A stretch of DNA of 64,000 bases from Ptychomitrium polyphyllum (GCA_973851085.1 OZ316775.1:23002001-23066000), one strand, 5' to 3'; counted from the stretch's first letter, positions 29,950 to 43,356 are shown. The notes: generated from the letters alone by a model not told the origin. Translations and numbers: made by a program.

Positions 29950-31600
29950 TATGTCCAATGTTTGTTGCTACTCATGGCCCATAATCTATAGCTGGTCCTT
30001 ATCTAAGATAATTTTCAAAGCCTTGGAATCAAGCTAAAATTCTTGGCATACCAATGGTAATAGTATATTAGCTCAAGAAAAGCACAAAGTCACAACACAT
30101 TTGATAAATGCTGATATATTTTGCAAAAGATTCATGTAAACTTGCGATACTCTTAGACCTTGTTAGGGACACTAGAAACAAGAAGAAAACACGAAGCGAT
30201 TTTTAAGAATTAACTTCTAAATTGATAATGATTAACAAGAATTAATACAAAGACAAGAACAAAGGCATATCACAATATGATCCACAACTTGTGTTGGGAA
30301 GACTAAGGTATACCTTATCTTGCCTCTTATTTACACTATGACAATTGAATCTCCTAGAATACTTCTATAAAAGCTTCCTATGAAACTTGAGAATGTTTTA
30401 GAAGTCTATGGAACCTTCTCTAAGAAGTTTTTTTGGGCGGTGGAACCTTCCTAAGAAGTACCAAGCCTCTTAGAATAATCATTTGATCCATATATCCAAT
30501 CAAGGATAAAATTGCATTTATAAGAATGCAAGCACAATCGCCATTGTTGATATAGTTCAAACATTGTTTGCAAATGCCACATGTGCTCTTGTATGCTTCT
30601 ATTAGAAATGACAATATTATCTATGTAGCATGTAACAAACACCAAGCCATTTAAAATTTAGTCCATTAGCCTATGAAACTTAGTTGAATTATTATTGAGG
30701 CCAAATGGAAGATGTATGCAATGATAAAGTTACTCTTGGCTATTTTGATCAACTCATCAAAATATCATCTTTCTTCAATTTCCTACAAGCAATGGCTATT
30801 AGTGATAATTGGATTGTAAGTTTAAAGTACTAAAATTTGAAAGAAATTCTATTGCATCAAATAACTCATTTAGTGTTAACATTAAATTGCAATCCAATTT
30901 TGTTTTATAGTTAATTGATGGTAATTTCTACAAATCTTCTTTTTTGTCTTATTGCTAATCACATCCTTTTAAAAAGGCATAACTATGGCACAAATATTAA
31001 CTAAAGAAAAATACTCTTCAAATATTTTTCCATGATTATTATGTCACCCAATAACCTCGTTGTATATCACTTAATAATGCAGCACAATGGTTTTTATCAT
31101 TGTATATTTTGTAATCTTCAAAATCAACTTTTAAATCTTTGTTAAATTTTAACTTACATTCAAAAATCAGCTCAATAAGGATAAAAACTTGAAGATGCTG
31201 CAAGAAAATATATTAGCAAAAAGAATGAACAAAAAGAATTCAAAAATTTGTACAAATGGCTAAAAAAATTTACATTCTATTTTTAAAATGGATCTTGCTT
31301 AAATACATAAAATTAAGTTTAATTATAAACTCAATCCTAACAAGTCTTGGCCACCTGGCCATTGTTTTTAATTCCAAAGTGAGCAGATGATGCCAATGAA
31401 TAATATAATACATGCAATTTATCCATATAATATTATTAAATCCATAATTTGGCCTAAAACAAAGTGTTGTAAACCTTCAAATGAGCTCATGAGCAGCTGC
31501 ACTACTTATAAGAGTGCCCATAGATTGCTTCTATCCATATGCAATGGATTTTCCAAGAATCTAGACCTTATGATCTCTGATGATGTTGGTCTTATGTAAT
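29950..31600 (-). pseudogene. Highly decayed Ty3/Gypsy pol remnant (RT region)
   Basis: Fragments LPFGLNN, CYIDNIVI..QEHMWHLQTMF..LCLHSYKC and a GLANYY..KNFS-like segment; boundaries approximate. Confidence 0.6.
30161..30456 (-). repeat. Truncated LTR of the E2 family inserted in the old pol remnant
   Basis: TGTTAGGGACAC... aligns with 43593-43870; the other end is missing. Confidence 0.8.
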
Positions 31601-34391
31601 TGGAATGAAAAATACTTTAGATATGTTACAAATGTTGGCCATACAACACAAGGTGTTACTATTTTGTCAATTAAAGAAAGAAAAGACTCATCATCCTTAA
31701 AAATCACCAAAGAAATCTAATGATCATTCAAAATGTGTATAAGTATTGTCCATCTTTCACAATCCTTTGCCCTGTATTTTTCCATAGAGGTATATTTTCA
31801 CCTATGGTCTTTAAAGTAATGACAAGATTGTGTAATCACAAAGACTGTAGTTTATATAAGCATGAGTAATTTTTACAAATCCAAATTAACAAATAATACC
31901 AAAATTAAAAAAATCTTAAATTAAAAATATATTCATTAATTTTTTTATAAAAAATATTCTATTTTTAATAACATAGAAACCTTTTTTAATTCCTATGTAA
32001 TAGACACTATGAAGATCTTAGCGCTTCAAGAGTTGGTTTAAAACACACCAAACTTCTCAATATTCACACATGGAGTTGATTAGGACCAAGTTTAGAATTA
32101 CAAATTCCTTAAATATGTAGGATTTAATTAGAAATAAATCATTGTGTTTCCTTTATAATACTCCATTGGTATTTTGCAAAGCGTGTCCATTAATCCTAAC
32201 TTATATTATTTTCTTATCATTTCTCTCCGCATACCATAACTCATCCAACTATTCATTTAGAAATAGATCATTACAACTTTTGGGTGGACTCCTATTGCAA
32301 GTATAGCAGCCTTTAATTAATGTCAAAACTTTGCTACTTAAAGATCTGCAGTTTTCAACTTGATATAAAATCCAAACTCTAAAAACAGTCTTAGATGGTC
32401 ATGTGAACTTGAATGCACTTCAATTAATTTGAATGCACTTCTATTAACTAGAATGGTGCACCAAAATGCACTTGACGAATATTGTGAAGTAAAAGGTTGT
32501 GGCAATACAAAGATCAAGTGGCTACAGTGCTAAGTTTTAATATCCTTTGTAATTTTGTGCAATTGTGGTATTTAATATTCTAAAGGACTTAACTTCTAAA
32601 AAGACCCAAGTTTTTATAAAAGACATGGTCATCTATTGTTTTTTTGTTAATATTGCTTTTGTAAATTGGACTAGCCAAATCAATTAGGTGAACATATAAT
32701 TTCAACTTTTTAATTAACATCTATGTATTTAGAAGGCATAAAGAGTCCATCAAATATTTAGAAGGCATAAAAAATACTTTATTTGTTCCAAAATTTTGCA
32801 ATATATATTTGATAATTCTTTTTATATTGTTATAAGGTTTTATTGTTGTTTACAACATAGAAAGTAATAGAAAAGGAAATGTAGGGCACTTCAATTATAT
32901 AAACCCAATTTTTAATTTTGAAGGTATGGAGGATGATAAACCTCCCAATAATACATATTTGCAAGTGGCTGATTATTATATAACATCGTTGTATAATCTA
33001 ATTAAACAATGGAAGTTGTTCCATTTGTAGCCAATAGTTTTGTAAGTAGTGATAGCTTTATCAAAGCTAATTTATGTAGAAGTTCTCAGAGCTTGTATCC
33101 AAGAATTGCATGGAATTGTGGTTGAAGAGAATTTAGTAGTTGTAATAGAATATCATAGATGGAAACAAAAAAACAAGGATTGAAAATGAAGAAGTGGAAC
33201 AAGTGAATTTATATCAATAATTAAGAATTACAAAAAAATATAATGCCATAAGGTCTAAGCTAATTTATTAGAAATATGTTGTAAAAAAGTAAAGATTTTT
33301 TTAACCTTGACTCCTATATATACTATATATTTAGAATTCTTAAAAAACTTCTTAAATATAATTATTATAATATTCATTGTAATAGAACAAAATAACATTT
33401 TTTGGACCTTCATAGTTTATGTTGGTTTAAGTCAAATCAAGCTAATTTGCATATTTCATAAACCATTTAAGTGCAAAATCAATACTTTTTGGCTATTATA
33501 GATCATCTATTAGCAAGAAATTTGCTATATAGCTTTAAAAACATGACAATTGTCTTTTACAAATTCAACCTTTTTTAAGTCTATTTCATTCTTGAGATTA
33601 TTTTGAGACTTTGGAAATTTTTATTATAATAAATATGATATTTATTGGTATAATGAATTGTATTCAAGCAACTTCTATATAGAATCTTTTTTATTCTTTG
33701 ATATATTTTATGATTAAAATAACTTCTTCAATAACTTTTTGAAGATGCCTAGATCTTCTAAGAACCTTCCTATACTTTGTTACATCTTCTTAATCCTTTT
33801 AAACGCTTTTAATATATGTGTTTGATATAAAACTTGTTATATCCTAAATTACTTCTAACACACTCATACTTTCACTAGAGTGCTTAATTTAAAATAACAA
33901 TCATGTATTCTATTAAAAACGCGCCTCTTTTGTATTGTTACATTTTTTAATTTTGTTAAAATTATAGATTTATGAGGTACAAAATAAGAAGCCATTATGT
34001 TTATTTAAGAAGCAAAAGTAGGAATACAACTACTTGCATGATAGAAACAATGAGCAAGAATTCTAATTTTTAGAAATTAAGTAAATGGAAAACAACAATA
34101 CTTATATATAAATAATATGATTCATGGCTATAAGGCTACATTGACAATTGTGCAATTGCAAAGCCAATAAAAAAGATCCTAAACATAGAAGGTACTAGGA
34201 ATAGAAAAAATAAAAATGGATGCTTATTTATATTTATATTGGTTAATTAAATAAAATGAAAGCAGAAGACACTATTAATGTATGGAAAGATTGAACATTC
34301 CCTTCTTCAATACTTATTTCACTTTGTTAAAGCTTGGGGTAGGAATCTAAATAAATAAATCTTCTTTAGTGCCTAGCTTACAATTGACTCA

Positions 34392-34520
34392 ATAGATGTA
34401 CACATGTTTACAATTCATTCAGGCTCCCATTATGTGGAATAGTTTCATCTCCATCTTTGTGAAGTTTGAGCATGTACACTCAAGGAATGTATCCACGGTC
34501 ATGGCATATTTATCTTCCAA
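34392..34520 (-). pseudogene. Decayed SWIM zinc-finger coding fragment (possibly from a MULE-type transposase)
   Basis: Translation LEDKYAMTVDTFLECTCSNFTKMEMKLFHIMGA*MNCKHVYIY matches the CxC-x(n)-CxH SWIM pattern. Confidence 0.55.
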
Positions 34521-37500
34521 ATTGGAGTTTTATACTATAAGGTGAATGATGCAGCCAAATCCAAGCATTGAGACAATATTTTGCTTCCAAAACTTTGCTT
34601 CTATATTAAAAAGAAAGCCCTACTTGAAGAATTGATTGGTGAGTGGATAGCCACTCTGTTTATTAATCTTATTTTGAAGCCTAGAAGTTAATATAGTTAG
34701 TGGAATTAATAGAAGGTGGTATATGAAGAAGTCAATTGCACAATTTGATGTATCTTTGCAAAGCAAAATCTTGGAGCATTGTGGGAATTGGAAGCTACTT
34801 CATTTAAGTACCAAAATTTCATATTTCTTTAAGTTTATTTCACTTTTGACAGGCCAAAAATTAGAGAATCAATCAAAGGCATGTTCTAATTCACTTTCTA
34901 AATGTGCCTTTTATGCAACATTTGTTGTTGTCTAAAGAAGACTAGATTTCTTGGCAAACCATCAAATTTCTATGATAATCGTAGTAATTGCCCTATAGTT
35001 AGGTATATAAATGTCCTTCTTTTCATGCAAAATCTTGGCCCTACATTGATTCTTTGATATTATTTGCATGGTATTTGTTAAGAAGCTAATTATTGAGTTA
35101 TGGATGGATTGGTAATCTTCCTTAAATTGAAAAGAATTGATATTGGAGTACTTGGTAATTTATAGCATTTAAGTTTTGGATTAGCCGTACAACTTAGATT
35201 AATTCAAGCAGTAGATCTAAATTTTAAGTTCTATGTATGTAAAGAAGAATTGTCTTTAAAGACAACATGCACTTTTTTTCTTTTGTATTAGCACTTGTTG
35301 ATAGTTTTGAAAACATTTATATATCTTCTATATTAATCAAGTTTTATGCATCATTTCAATGCTTCTTTTGTATTATTAAATGTTCTATTTCAAATTCTAG
35401 TTTTGATTTGGTACAAGAGAGACTATTAAAATTACTTTACAGTTTTTTTAAGTATTAGTTAAATGCTATCTAATTGGTTACCAAGTGAATAATAATTGAC
35501 CAATTAGGAGATACTCAAAGGATTATTTCCACATATAACAATTTAAAGAACAAAAATGCTCTTCTAAGTACTTCTATATTAATTGATTATTGTTTGATTA
35601 GTTATTAATTATAAAATATATAATCAAATCAAAATTAAAAATTTAAATTATACACCCAAATTAATTTTGAAACTGACATTCAAAATCAATTGGAATACTA
35701 ACTCGCATTTAGCATTAATTAGTAAAATTAGAGTGTAAAAATTGATTCAAAATATTTTATTAGTTTAAAACAAAGTATACAATCAAAAAAGAGCAGCTTG
35801 GATTAAAAAATCTATATAAAAGAAAAACTGCATGGTGCTTTGGAAATCGCTCTTATTTTATACTATCAAGTTCAATTAAATATCAATGTATAATTAGAAG
35901 CTAACCCTAGGCACTGTCCATTATTAAACTATCACTACTAAACATTTAGTTTAAAGGAAGTTACCAATCTAAGGTGTTAATTGGTGATTAATTCCTTAAT
36001 ACGTGGCCTAGCAAGCAACTCCCAATTGAATCTTCTTGATGCATGCAATGTGTTCTTTTAAACTTTTCAAGCTAATTCTTGGACAATTTTGACATGTTTG
36101 ATTTTGTTTGGAAACAACACTTTGGAAGTTGCACAAGCACAACCTTTAGGAACATTTTCTTCTTTATCATTTTTTATAATTTCTTTTTTATTAATATCAA
36201 TCAGTTCTTTCCCGCATTGAGCCTTCGCGGATCTAATTTGTGCATGTAAATGAAAGAAAGTGATTTTTTTTTTGATAGTATGAGTTGTATTTAGAGCTAG
36301 GAGGCATATTGAAATCATACTTTTTGGAGCCAAATACTCATAATAGATTTTCTCTCAAAAAAAATGACAAAATTTAACATTGTAGAAGAGATTAGGGTAG
36401 AAAAAGTTGGATTGTAGTTGTTATTAAAGGAAGTAGGAGCAAATAGGCAGATATTCATGGTCCATGACATTTAAGGCCAAAACAAGAATGGAAGTATAAA
36501 AAGAAAGATAAATTCTACAACTTAGATACATTTGATGCTGCTTTTAGAATTGCAGCTAAATTTAGAATAATAGTAAAAATCTAAAATTGCTGTTGATTTT
36601 AGTATTAGAGCTAAATTTAGAAGGATAGTCAAAATCCGAAACTAAAATTGATTTTAAAATTGCAGCCATATTTGAAAATTCTAGAGCTAGGGAAAATCAT
36701 TGTTACAATTTGGTTAGGGAATTCAAGAATTGGGAGAGGATATTTAAGGAGTAATTGTAGTAGTTTGAAGGGGCTTAGATGAGTAAGATTTAGAGTTTTG
36801 AAATTACAAAGAATTGAATTAGTAGTTAAAAAGGAGGAAGAAGTCTCTTAGAAGAAAGTAATGGAAGAGAGTTTTTGAGGGAATGAGAGAATAGCAAGTA
36901 AGTTTGGTAGAAGTTGAAAAGAAGTAAGTAAAAATTAAGATTGATGCTGTAGTTTTAGGAAGGAGTAGGTGAATAAAAGTTAGCAAGTGTTTATAAGGGT
37001 ATAGAAGAAGAGTACATCCCTCAATTAATTGAAACTTTGTAGTTGTTTTTTTTTTCCCTTCTCTCAAGCTTACAAGGGAGGAAATAGTATTGGACGAGCT
37101 ACGGGCAGAGTTCTAGCATAGTCTCTAAGTAGCAACGTAGAAGAGGACTTAGGCTGCAATTGTAGTACAAAGATGGCATAGGTTCAATTGGGCATCTGGT
37201 CAAAACACTAAGATGCATTGCGTAGCAAAGGTTGGTAGCAAACCAACAGTGGCTTTGAGCACTGGAAAACTAGCCCTTGGCACCGCGGTGCACAGCTAAT
37301 CCAACCTTGAACCACAACGGACAGCTCCAAGTGGTGATTCAAAGTCTGCGACGGAATTTCTTCAAGGGGCTTTGGCGTAGTTCAAGGGTCAGGAGGTCAC
37401 TGGTCTACAAGCAAGCAGATTGAAACTAGTCTAGACCAGCAAGGCAGAGCAAAGATGGAACAACAACCACGATGAGGACAAGGAGCTAAGTGCATCAGCA

Positions 37501-37578
37501 AAGAATCAATGCCATTATACAACCACCCACAAGCAATGACGAGTGGAGTAGCAGAGGCTCAAAGCATTTAGAATTATT

Positions 37579-38212
37579 TGTTAGAAATACAAGAAACAAG
37601 AAGCAAAAACAAAGTGTTTCTCAAAGAATTAGCTTCCAAGAAGCTAATGATTAACAAGAACTTGATACAAAGACTATAATAAGGCAGGATTCAAGATGAT
37701 CCACAACTTGTGTTGGCAAGACTAAGTAATACCTTGTCTTGCCTCCTATTTATACTATGACGTTTGTATCTCCTAGGATATTTCTAAAGAAGCTTCTTAA
37801 AACGCTTAAGGATGTTTTGAAAGTCTAGGGAATCTTCCTAAGAAGTTTCTTCAGATATTGGAACCTTCCTAAGAACCTTCCAAGGAGTTGGAACCTTCCA
37901 TGGAAGTTTCTTAAGATGTTGGAACCTTCTTGAGAGGTTCTTTGAGGTAATAGAACTTTCCTACAAAGTTCCTTAAGATGATGGAACCATCCTAGGAAGT
38001 TTCCTAGGGTGATGGAACTTTCCTAAGAAGTTATCTGAAATGATAGAGCCTTCTCAAGAAATTTCTTAAGACGGACGAACTTTCCCTGGAAGCTTCCTAA
38101 AAACATGAAAAGACTATGGAGACATTTAAGAATATTCTAAAAAGCTATTATAGTATACTAGAAGGTGCTGGAATGTTCTAAGGACTATGTTGTATGATTT
38201 ATGTCCGTGACA
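37579..38212 (-). repeat. E2 3' LTR (634 bp) with internal ~31-bp degenerate tandem array
   Basis: TGT...ACA ends; aligns with 43593-43982 and (inverted) with 44310-44923. Confidence 0.92.
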
Positions 38213-38267
38213 TCACCTCCCCATTTAGCAACGAGTCCCATGACGGATTATTTTCTCGGCTTGCTTG

Positions 38268-38726
38268 TCACATTCCTACAAATTCCAAAATTTGGCGAAG
38301 AAGTGAAGCAACATACTCTGTTGTTTGTTCTTTGTTCACTAATTCAATTGGCCCTTGAAAGAAACGCCGATGGCCACCAGCCAAGAATTTTATTGTTGAA
38401 ATGTCCCATCCTAGGATCTGATCTTGATTAAGTCCTTCAAAACATCCTTCAAACAAGATGTTGGGTCCTCCAGGAGTGACTCTTCCAATTTCTAACAAGT
38501 TGACTAGAGCGCGAGCATCTGAATCAAGACTGGAATGTGAAAGGCGACTAGTCAATACTTCTGCACGAGGTCGTACTCGACGTTGGGATGTCCCTCCCAT
38601 ATCTTGACTTAGATCCTCCGTTACCGAAGGCTGAGAAAGTTGAGTTGGCTCAACAGATGCTGTTGTTGATGAAGGCATGGCCGACTGCTCTTCACGCATA
38701 TCCATGATAACACGAAGATTTGACAT
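38268..38726 (-). CDS. Extra sense ORF (ORF3, 152 aa, unknown function) between chromo-integrase and PPT of E2
   Basis: Open ATG-to-TGA ORF in an otherwise stop-riddled element; C-terminal half aligns with a decayed copy at the same position in E1 (27512-27688). Confidence 0.7.
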   Translation of the reverse strand: MSNLRVIMDMREEQSAMPSSTTASVEPTQLSQPSVTEDLSQDMGGTSQRRVRPRAEVLTSRLSHSSLDSDARALVNLLEIGRVTPGGPNILFEGCFEGLNQDQILGWDISTIKFLAGGHRRFFQGPIELVNKEQTTEYVASLLRQILEFVGM

Positions 38727-38879
38727 ACTAGCTAGGATCTGGAAATGATCTATCTTGGAAATAATACTGACAATTGGAGGTTTAAATATCTCTTTTCCCT
38801 TCTCATACTTGTCGATGAAGGAAAAAATTCTCTGTAAAGCTAACAGCTACTGATGACACATCATCACTGACCTAGTTTC

Positions 38880-41800
38880 TAAGGATATCTTTGATGAAAT
38901 TTGCATACCTTCTCGGATGCATTTGTTGCATTCGTTGAAGGTTCCCATGTTTGGTCATTGATGCCATATCCTTGTCAATGTATAAAGTACTCCATACGAC
39001 CGTTCTTGATGCGTGAATCTAAGATCTCTTCCACTTCATATTCAATTTCATTATTGATTTCCAGCGGAGGAGGCAGAGGGACAATTCTCTCTATTATACA
39101 TGATTTGTTATAGGTTTCCAACAACGATACGTGGAACACTGGATGAATTTGCAAGCTTGGTGGTAGCTTTAGGCGATAACTAACCGGATTTATTTGTTTG
39201 CTGATTTCAAACGGTCCCAATCTTTAATAGTCCAACTTCTTTGATGGTCTTTTTGTTTGTATATTTTGTCGTAAGAGCCATACGCTATCTCCAACCTTGA
39301 ACTTTGGATGATCCTTTGGATGATGATTTGCATAAGCTCCGTAACAATCTTGAGCTTGTTGTAATTGGAAGGTAATTTCTTGCTGGATCTTAGCAAGTTG
39401 AGTTGTAAAATCCTCCGCTGTAGGAATTCCAACATGCTTCACTTGAAATGGATGTATTCGAGGATGATGGCCATAGTTTGCAAAGAATGGACTTTGAGTT
39501 GTTGAAGAATGCACCGTATTGTTATAAGCAAATTCTGCCAAAGGCAAGAGATCCATCCAGTTGTCTTGCTGGTAGTTTATGCTACAACGAAGGTATTGTT
39601 CCAAAATTTGATTCACACGTTCCGTTTGGCCATCAGTTTGTGGATGGTGTGCTGAAGAAAGATTGATCCTTACACGCAACAGCTGGAATAGAGCCCTCCA
39701 AAAGTTGGAAATGAACTGCGGTCCCCGATCGGATACAATATCATCTGGTAGTCCATGTATGCGGTAGACGTGGTTTAGGAACAACTTGGCAGTTTCTTCT
39801 CCCGTTACCGTCTTATTGCATGCAATGAAATGTGCCATTTTGGTAAATTGATCCACCACTACCAAAATAGAATCCTTAGAATCGGAGTTTGGAAGGTCCA
39901 TGATAAATCCCATTGATAGAGACAACCATGGGCCCTTTGGCACTAGAAGCGGATGGAGGAGACCATGAAGTTGGTGCCTTGGTACCTTGGCTCTTGCACA
40001 AGTGTCGCATGATCAAATAAAGTCCTTCACGTACTTCCACATTTGTGGCCACCAATAGTCTCTAGCAATCAACTTCATTGTTTTATTGAATCCAAAATGT
40101 CGTGCTGCTGGAAAATCATGACGTGCTTGAAGGATCTTCAACTGCAAAGGGCGTGGAGGTAGGTACAAAAGTCTTTTGTAATAAAGTAGGCCCTCTTGGA
40201 ATTCAAAGTCCTCATTGCTATTTGAAGGATTTCCATTGTCTTTGAGGCACTTTTTTATATTTGAAACAAAGACGTCATTGTTCAAAGCCTTCCGAATTTT
40301 GTCAAGATGGGATGTTGTTGTAATAATCGTTGCTTTCAATTGAAGATTCTCAGGCTTCAATAAAATAGCCGTTTGTTGATTCAAAACATCATCCCCAAGT
40401 TGGAGAGCTAAATAAGATCTTTGAGATAAGGCATCTAGCTTATCTTGTAAGCTACCAGATCGATAGGTAATGACAAAGTCAAATCTGGAAAACAACATAC
40501 TCCACCTTGCTTGACGGCGATTCAAAACGCGCGCACTCATGAAATACTCCAAGCTCTTGTGGTCTTTGTATATCGTAATGGTATATTGAGCTCCTTCCAA
40601 TAAGTGTTGCCATTCTTCAAACGCATCCACAAATGCAAGTAGTTTTTTATCATGTATATCATAGTTGATCTTTGCCGCTGAGAACTTCCTTGAATGAAAG
40701 GCAAGAGGGTGAAGTCTGCCATCTTCATCATATTGTGAGAGTATTGAGCCAAGCGCAAAATCTGAGGCATCCGCTTCCAAATAGAAAGGCTTTGATGGAT
40801 TTGGATGAATAAGAATTGGAGCCGACGTGAATGATTTTTTAAGACTTTGAAATGCTTTTCCCGCTTCTTCATCCCAAATGATTTTTTGCTTCCCTGTAAG
40901 ACGTGGTAATGGTGCCGCAACCTTGGAATAATTCTTGATGAATATTCTGTAGAAGTTTGCAAATCCCAAGAAACACTGAACATCTCGAATTGATCTTGGC
41001 GTACTCCACTCTATGATAGTGCTTATTTTCTTGTTATTCATATGGATTCCTCCTTTAAAAATGATGTAGCCTAAAAATTCAACCAATGATTCATGGAAAA
41101 GGCACTTCTCCAATTTGGCATGTGGTCCTTGCTGGCGTAATTTTTCTAAGACTAGTTGTACATAACATTCATGGACTTGTTCATCCTTTGAATATATCAA
41201 AATATCATCCAAATAAATGACTACAAAATCGTCCAGATATTCATGGAAGATATCATTCATCATATGTTGGAAGACTGCGGGAGCATTAGTAAGGCCAAAA
41301 GGCATGACATTGTATTCAAAATGACCATACCTAGATTGAAAAGCTGTCTTCCACTTGTCTCCTTCTTTGATGCGTACAAGGTTGTAGGTTCCTCTAAGAT
41401 CAATTTTGGTGAATATCTTTGCTTGGCCAAGTTGTTGTAGGATTCCTGAGATTAATGGTAATGGATAGCGATTTGTTTTTGTTACTTTGTTGAGGCCTCG
41501 ATAGTCCACGCACATACGTAATGATCCATCTTTCTTCTTTACAAATAGAATGGGTGCTCCAACAGGTGATTTAGAGTGCTGAATGAAACCCTTTCCAAGG
41601 TTTTCATCAATATATTCTCTCAAGGCAGTCAACCCAATTTGTGATAAGTTATAAATAGGTCCAAAAGGTGGTTGAACTCCTTCTTGCAACTCAATGGTAC
41701 AATCATAAGGCCGGTGCTTTGGTAACATATCCGCATTCATCTTTTCAAAAACGTCTTTATAATCTTGATATGGACGAGGTATGTTTTGATTAGTCTCAAT

Positions 41801-42364
41801 TATAGAGCTAGACATTAGCGTGGCATAAATGGCATAGATTGGTTCATCCTTTGCCGCTCTCATAAATGCCTTAGCTCCAATAAATGATGGTCCAAGATTT
41901 CTCGTACCTTGACGTCTTTTCCTTAATACCACACTCCGTGAGCGCCAATCAATGTCTGGATTATGTAATTCAAACCAAGGGAGGCCCAAGACAATAGGAT
42001 TTTTTCGGCATTGAATGATGTTGAAGACAATCTTAGATGCCTGATCTCCTAAAATGACCAACAAGAGTTGTATTTCTTCAATAACATTGCCAGACGCAAG
42101 AGATTGTCCATCAATAACTTCAACAGGTGCAGGATATTTTTTGTTCACAAACACCATGTGATGTTTGGTTGCAAAATCCTTGTCCATGAAACATGCCGTT
42201 GCACCAATGTCTAATAGAGCTTCACTATCCAACAATTTACTTTTGATAGGAAATGTAAATCAAGAGGTAGGGGTTGAAGGTAGTAAGAGACCTTGATTTG
42301 ATGGTGGTTTCCTTGTGGTATCCAATTGCATGGTCCCTACTATGACTAGACAGCCTTGTTTTCC
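38880..42364 (-). pseudogene. E2 pol: protease, RT, RNase H, integrase, chromodomain (few in-frame stops)
   Basis: ALLDIGA (AP), LRMCVDYRGLN, MPFGLTNAPA, YLDDILIYS (RT), LEADASDFALG (RH), HHCC zinc finger, SDRGPQF / GQTERVNQ (IN; first Asp mutated to SMGF), GPF motif, EYEVEEILDSR...TWEP chromodomain. Confidence 0.93.
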
Positions 42365-43356
42365 AACTCCACCATTGTGCTTTGAGCCTTAAAGGCAAAT
42401 CCTTTGATTTGGCAATCGCGCACTTTATATCCAAACTTGCCACAATACAAATATAGGTTTTCTCTTCGACGCCTTTTTTTTTCTTTTGGAGTCAAGCGTC
42501 TGAATTGGGCAGCATCAATTTGCATAGGTTTTGGTCCTTGTGGTCGGCTGTCCGATATTCTTGAAGAAGTGGTAGCCATGCTTTGACGTACTGGTCGCCA
42601 TTTCAAGCGGTGTTCTTGGCGCCTCTCAAATAGTCTATTGTCATTTGCTATTGCTTGAGTGATGAATTCGTCCAATGTTTCAACTCTTAGCATTGTGAGT
42701 AGCAAGTCCTTTACATTCTCTCTTAAGCCCCATTGAAATCGTGTGACCAAGGCTTTATCAATCCAATCAAGGTCGCAAGCTAATTGTCGAAACTCTGCAG
42801 CATATATGGTAGCTGAGCGCTGTCTTTGTTGGAGACTCTGGATCCTTGTTTCAGCCATCTTCTCTCGGTCGGTGTCTCCAAAAGTAGATGTTAATGCTTC
42901 TATAAAAGCATCTAAGTTGTTCAATAATGGTGACTGCTTCTCCATTAGTGGTGCAAACTACGATAGTGCATTGTTTGATAAAAGAGTGGCCACAAATCCC
43001 ACTTGAGTTGTGCCATCAGGATAACGAGATTGATGCAAACTAAGGAAGAGCCTTACTTGTTGAACAAAGCCTCTCAATTTTGATCTTCATTCATGGAACT
43101 TGTCTAGCATGCTAATCTTTGGCTCTGCATGGGTTTGATGTAAGCTCTCCCTTTTAATACTATTCTCTCGCATTCAAACAACCTCTTGATATAGGCTTTG
43201 AATATCACCATTAGATTCTTCAGCTTGCCGAGTGTGTTGCTCCAAATTGTTGGTGATATTAAAACAGACAAGTTCCGTTTGAATTGTGTTTAACAATTCT
43301 TGAAGGTCTGCAATAGTTGCAAACATATTCTCTGATGTTCCAAGCACGTTATCCAT
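42346..43356 (-). pseudogene. E2 gag (decayed)
   Basis: LQQRQRSATIYAAEFRQLACDLDW, GLRENVKDLL, PMQID, decayed CCHC knuckle LYLYCGKFGYKVRDC. Confidence 0.85.

Noticed and set aside
33240..33830. Faint similarity to E1-type LTR (minus)
   Set aside because: Too decayed; ends and TSD could not be defined
37820..38110. Regularly spaced repeats resembling a CRISPR array
   Set aside because: Units are contiguous and degenerate with no unique spacers, lie within LTRs, and there are no cas genes; eukaryotic context
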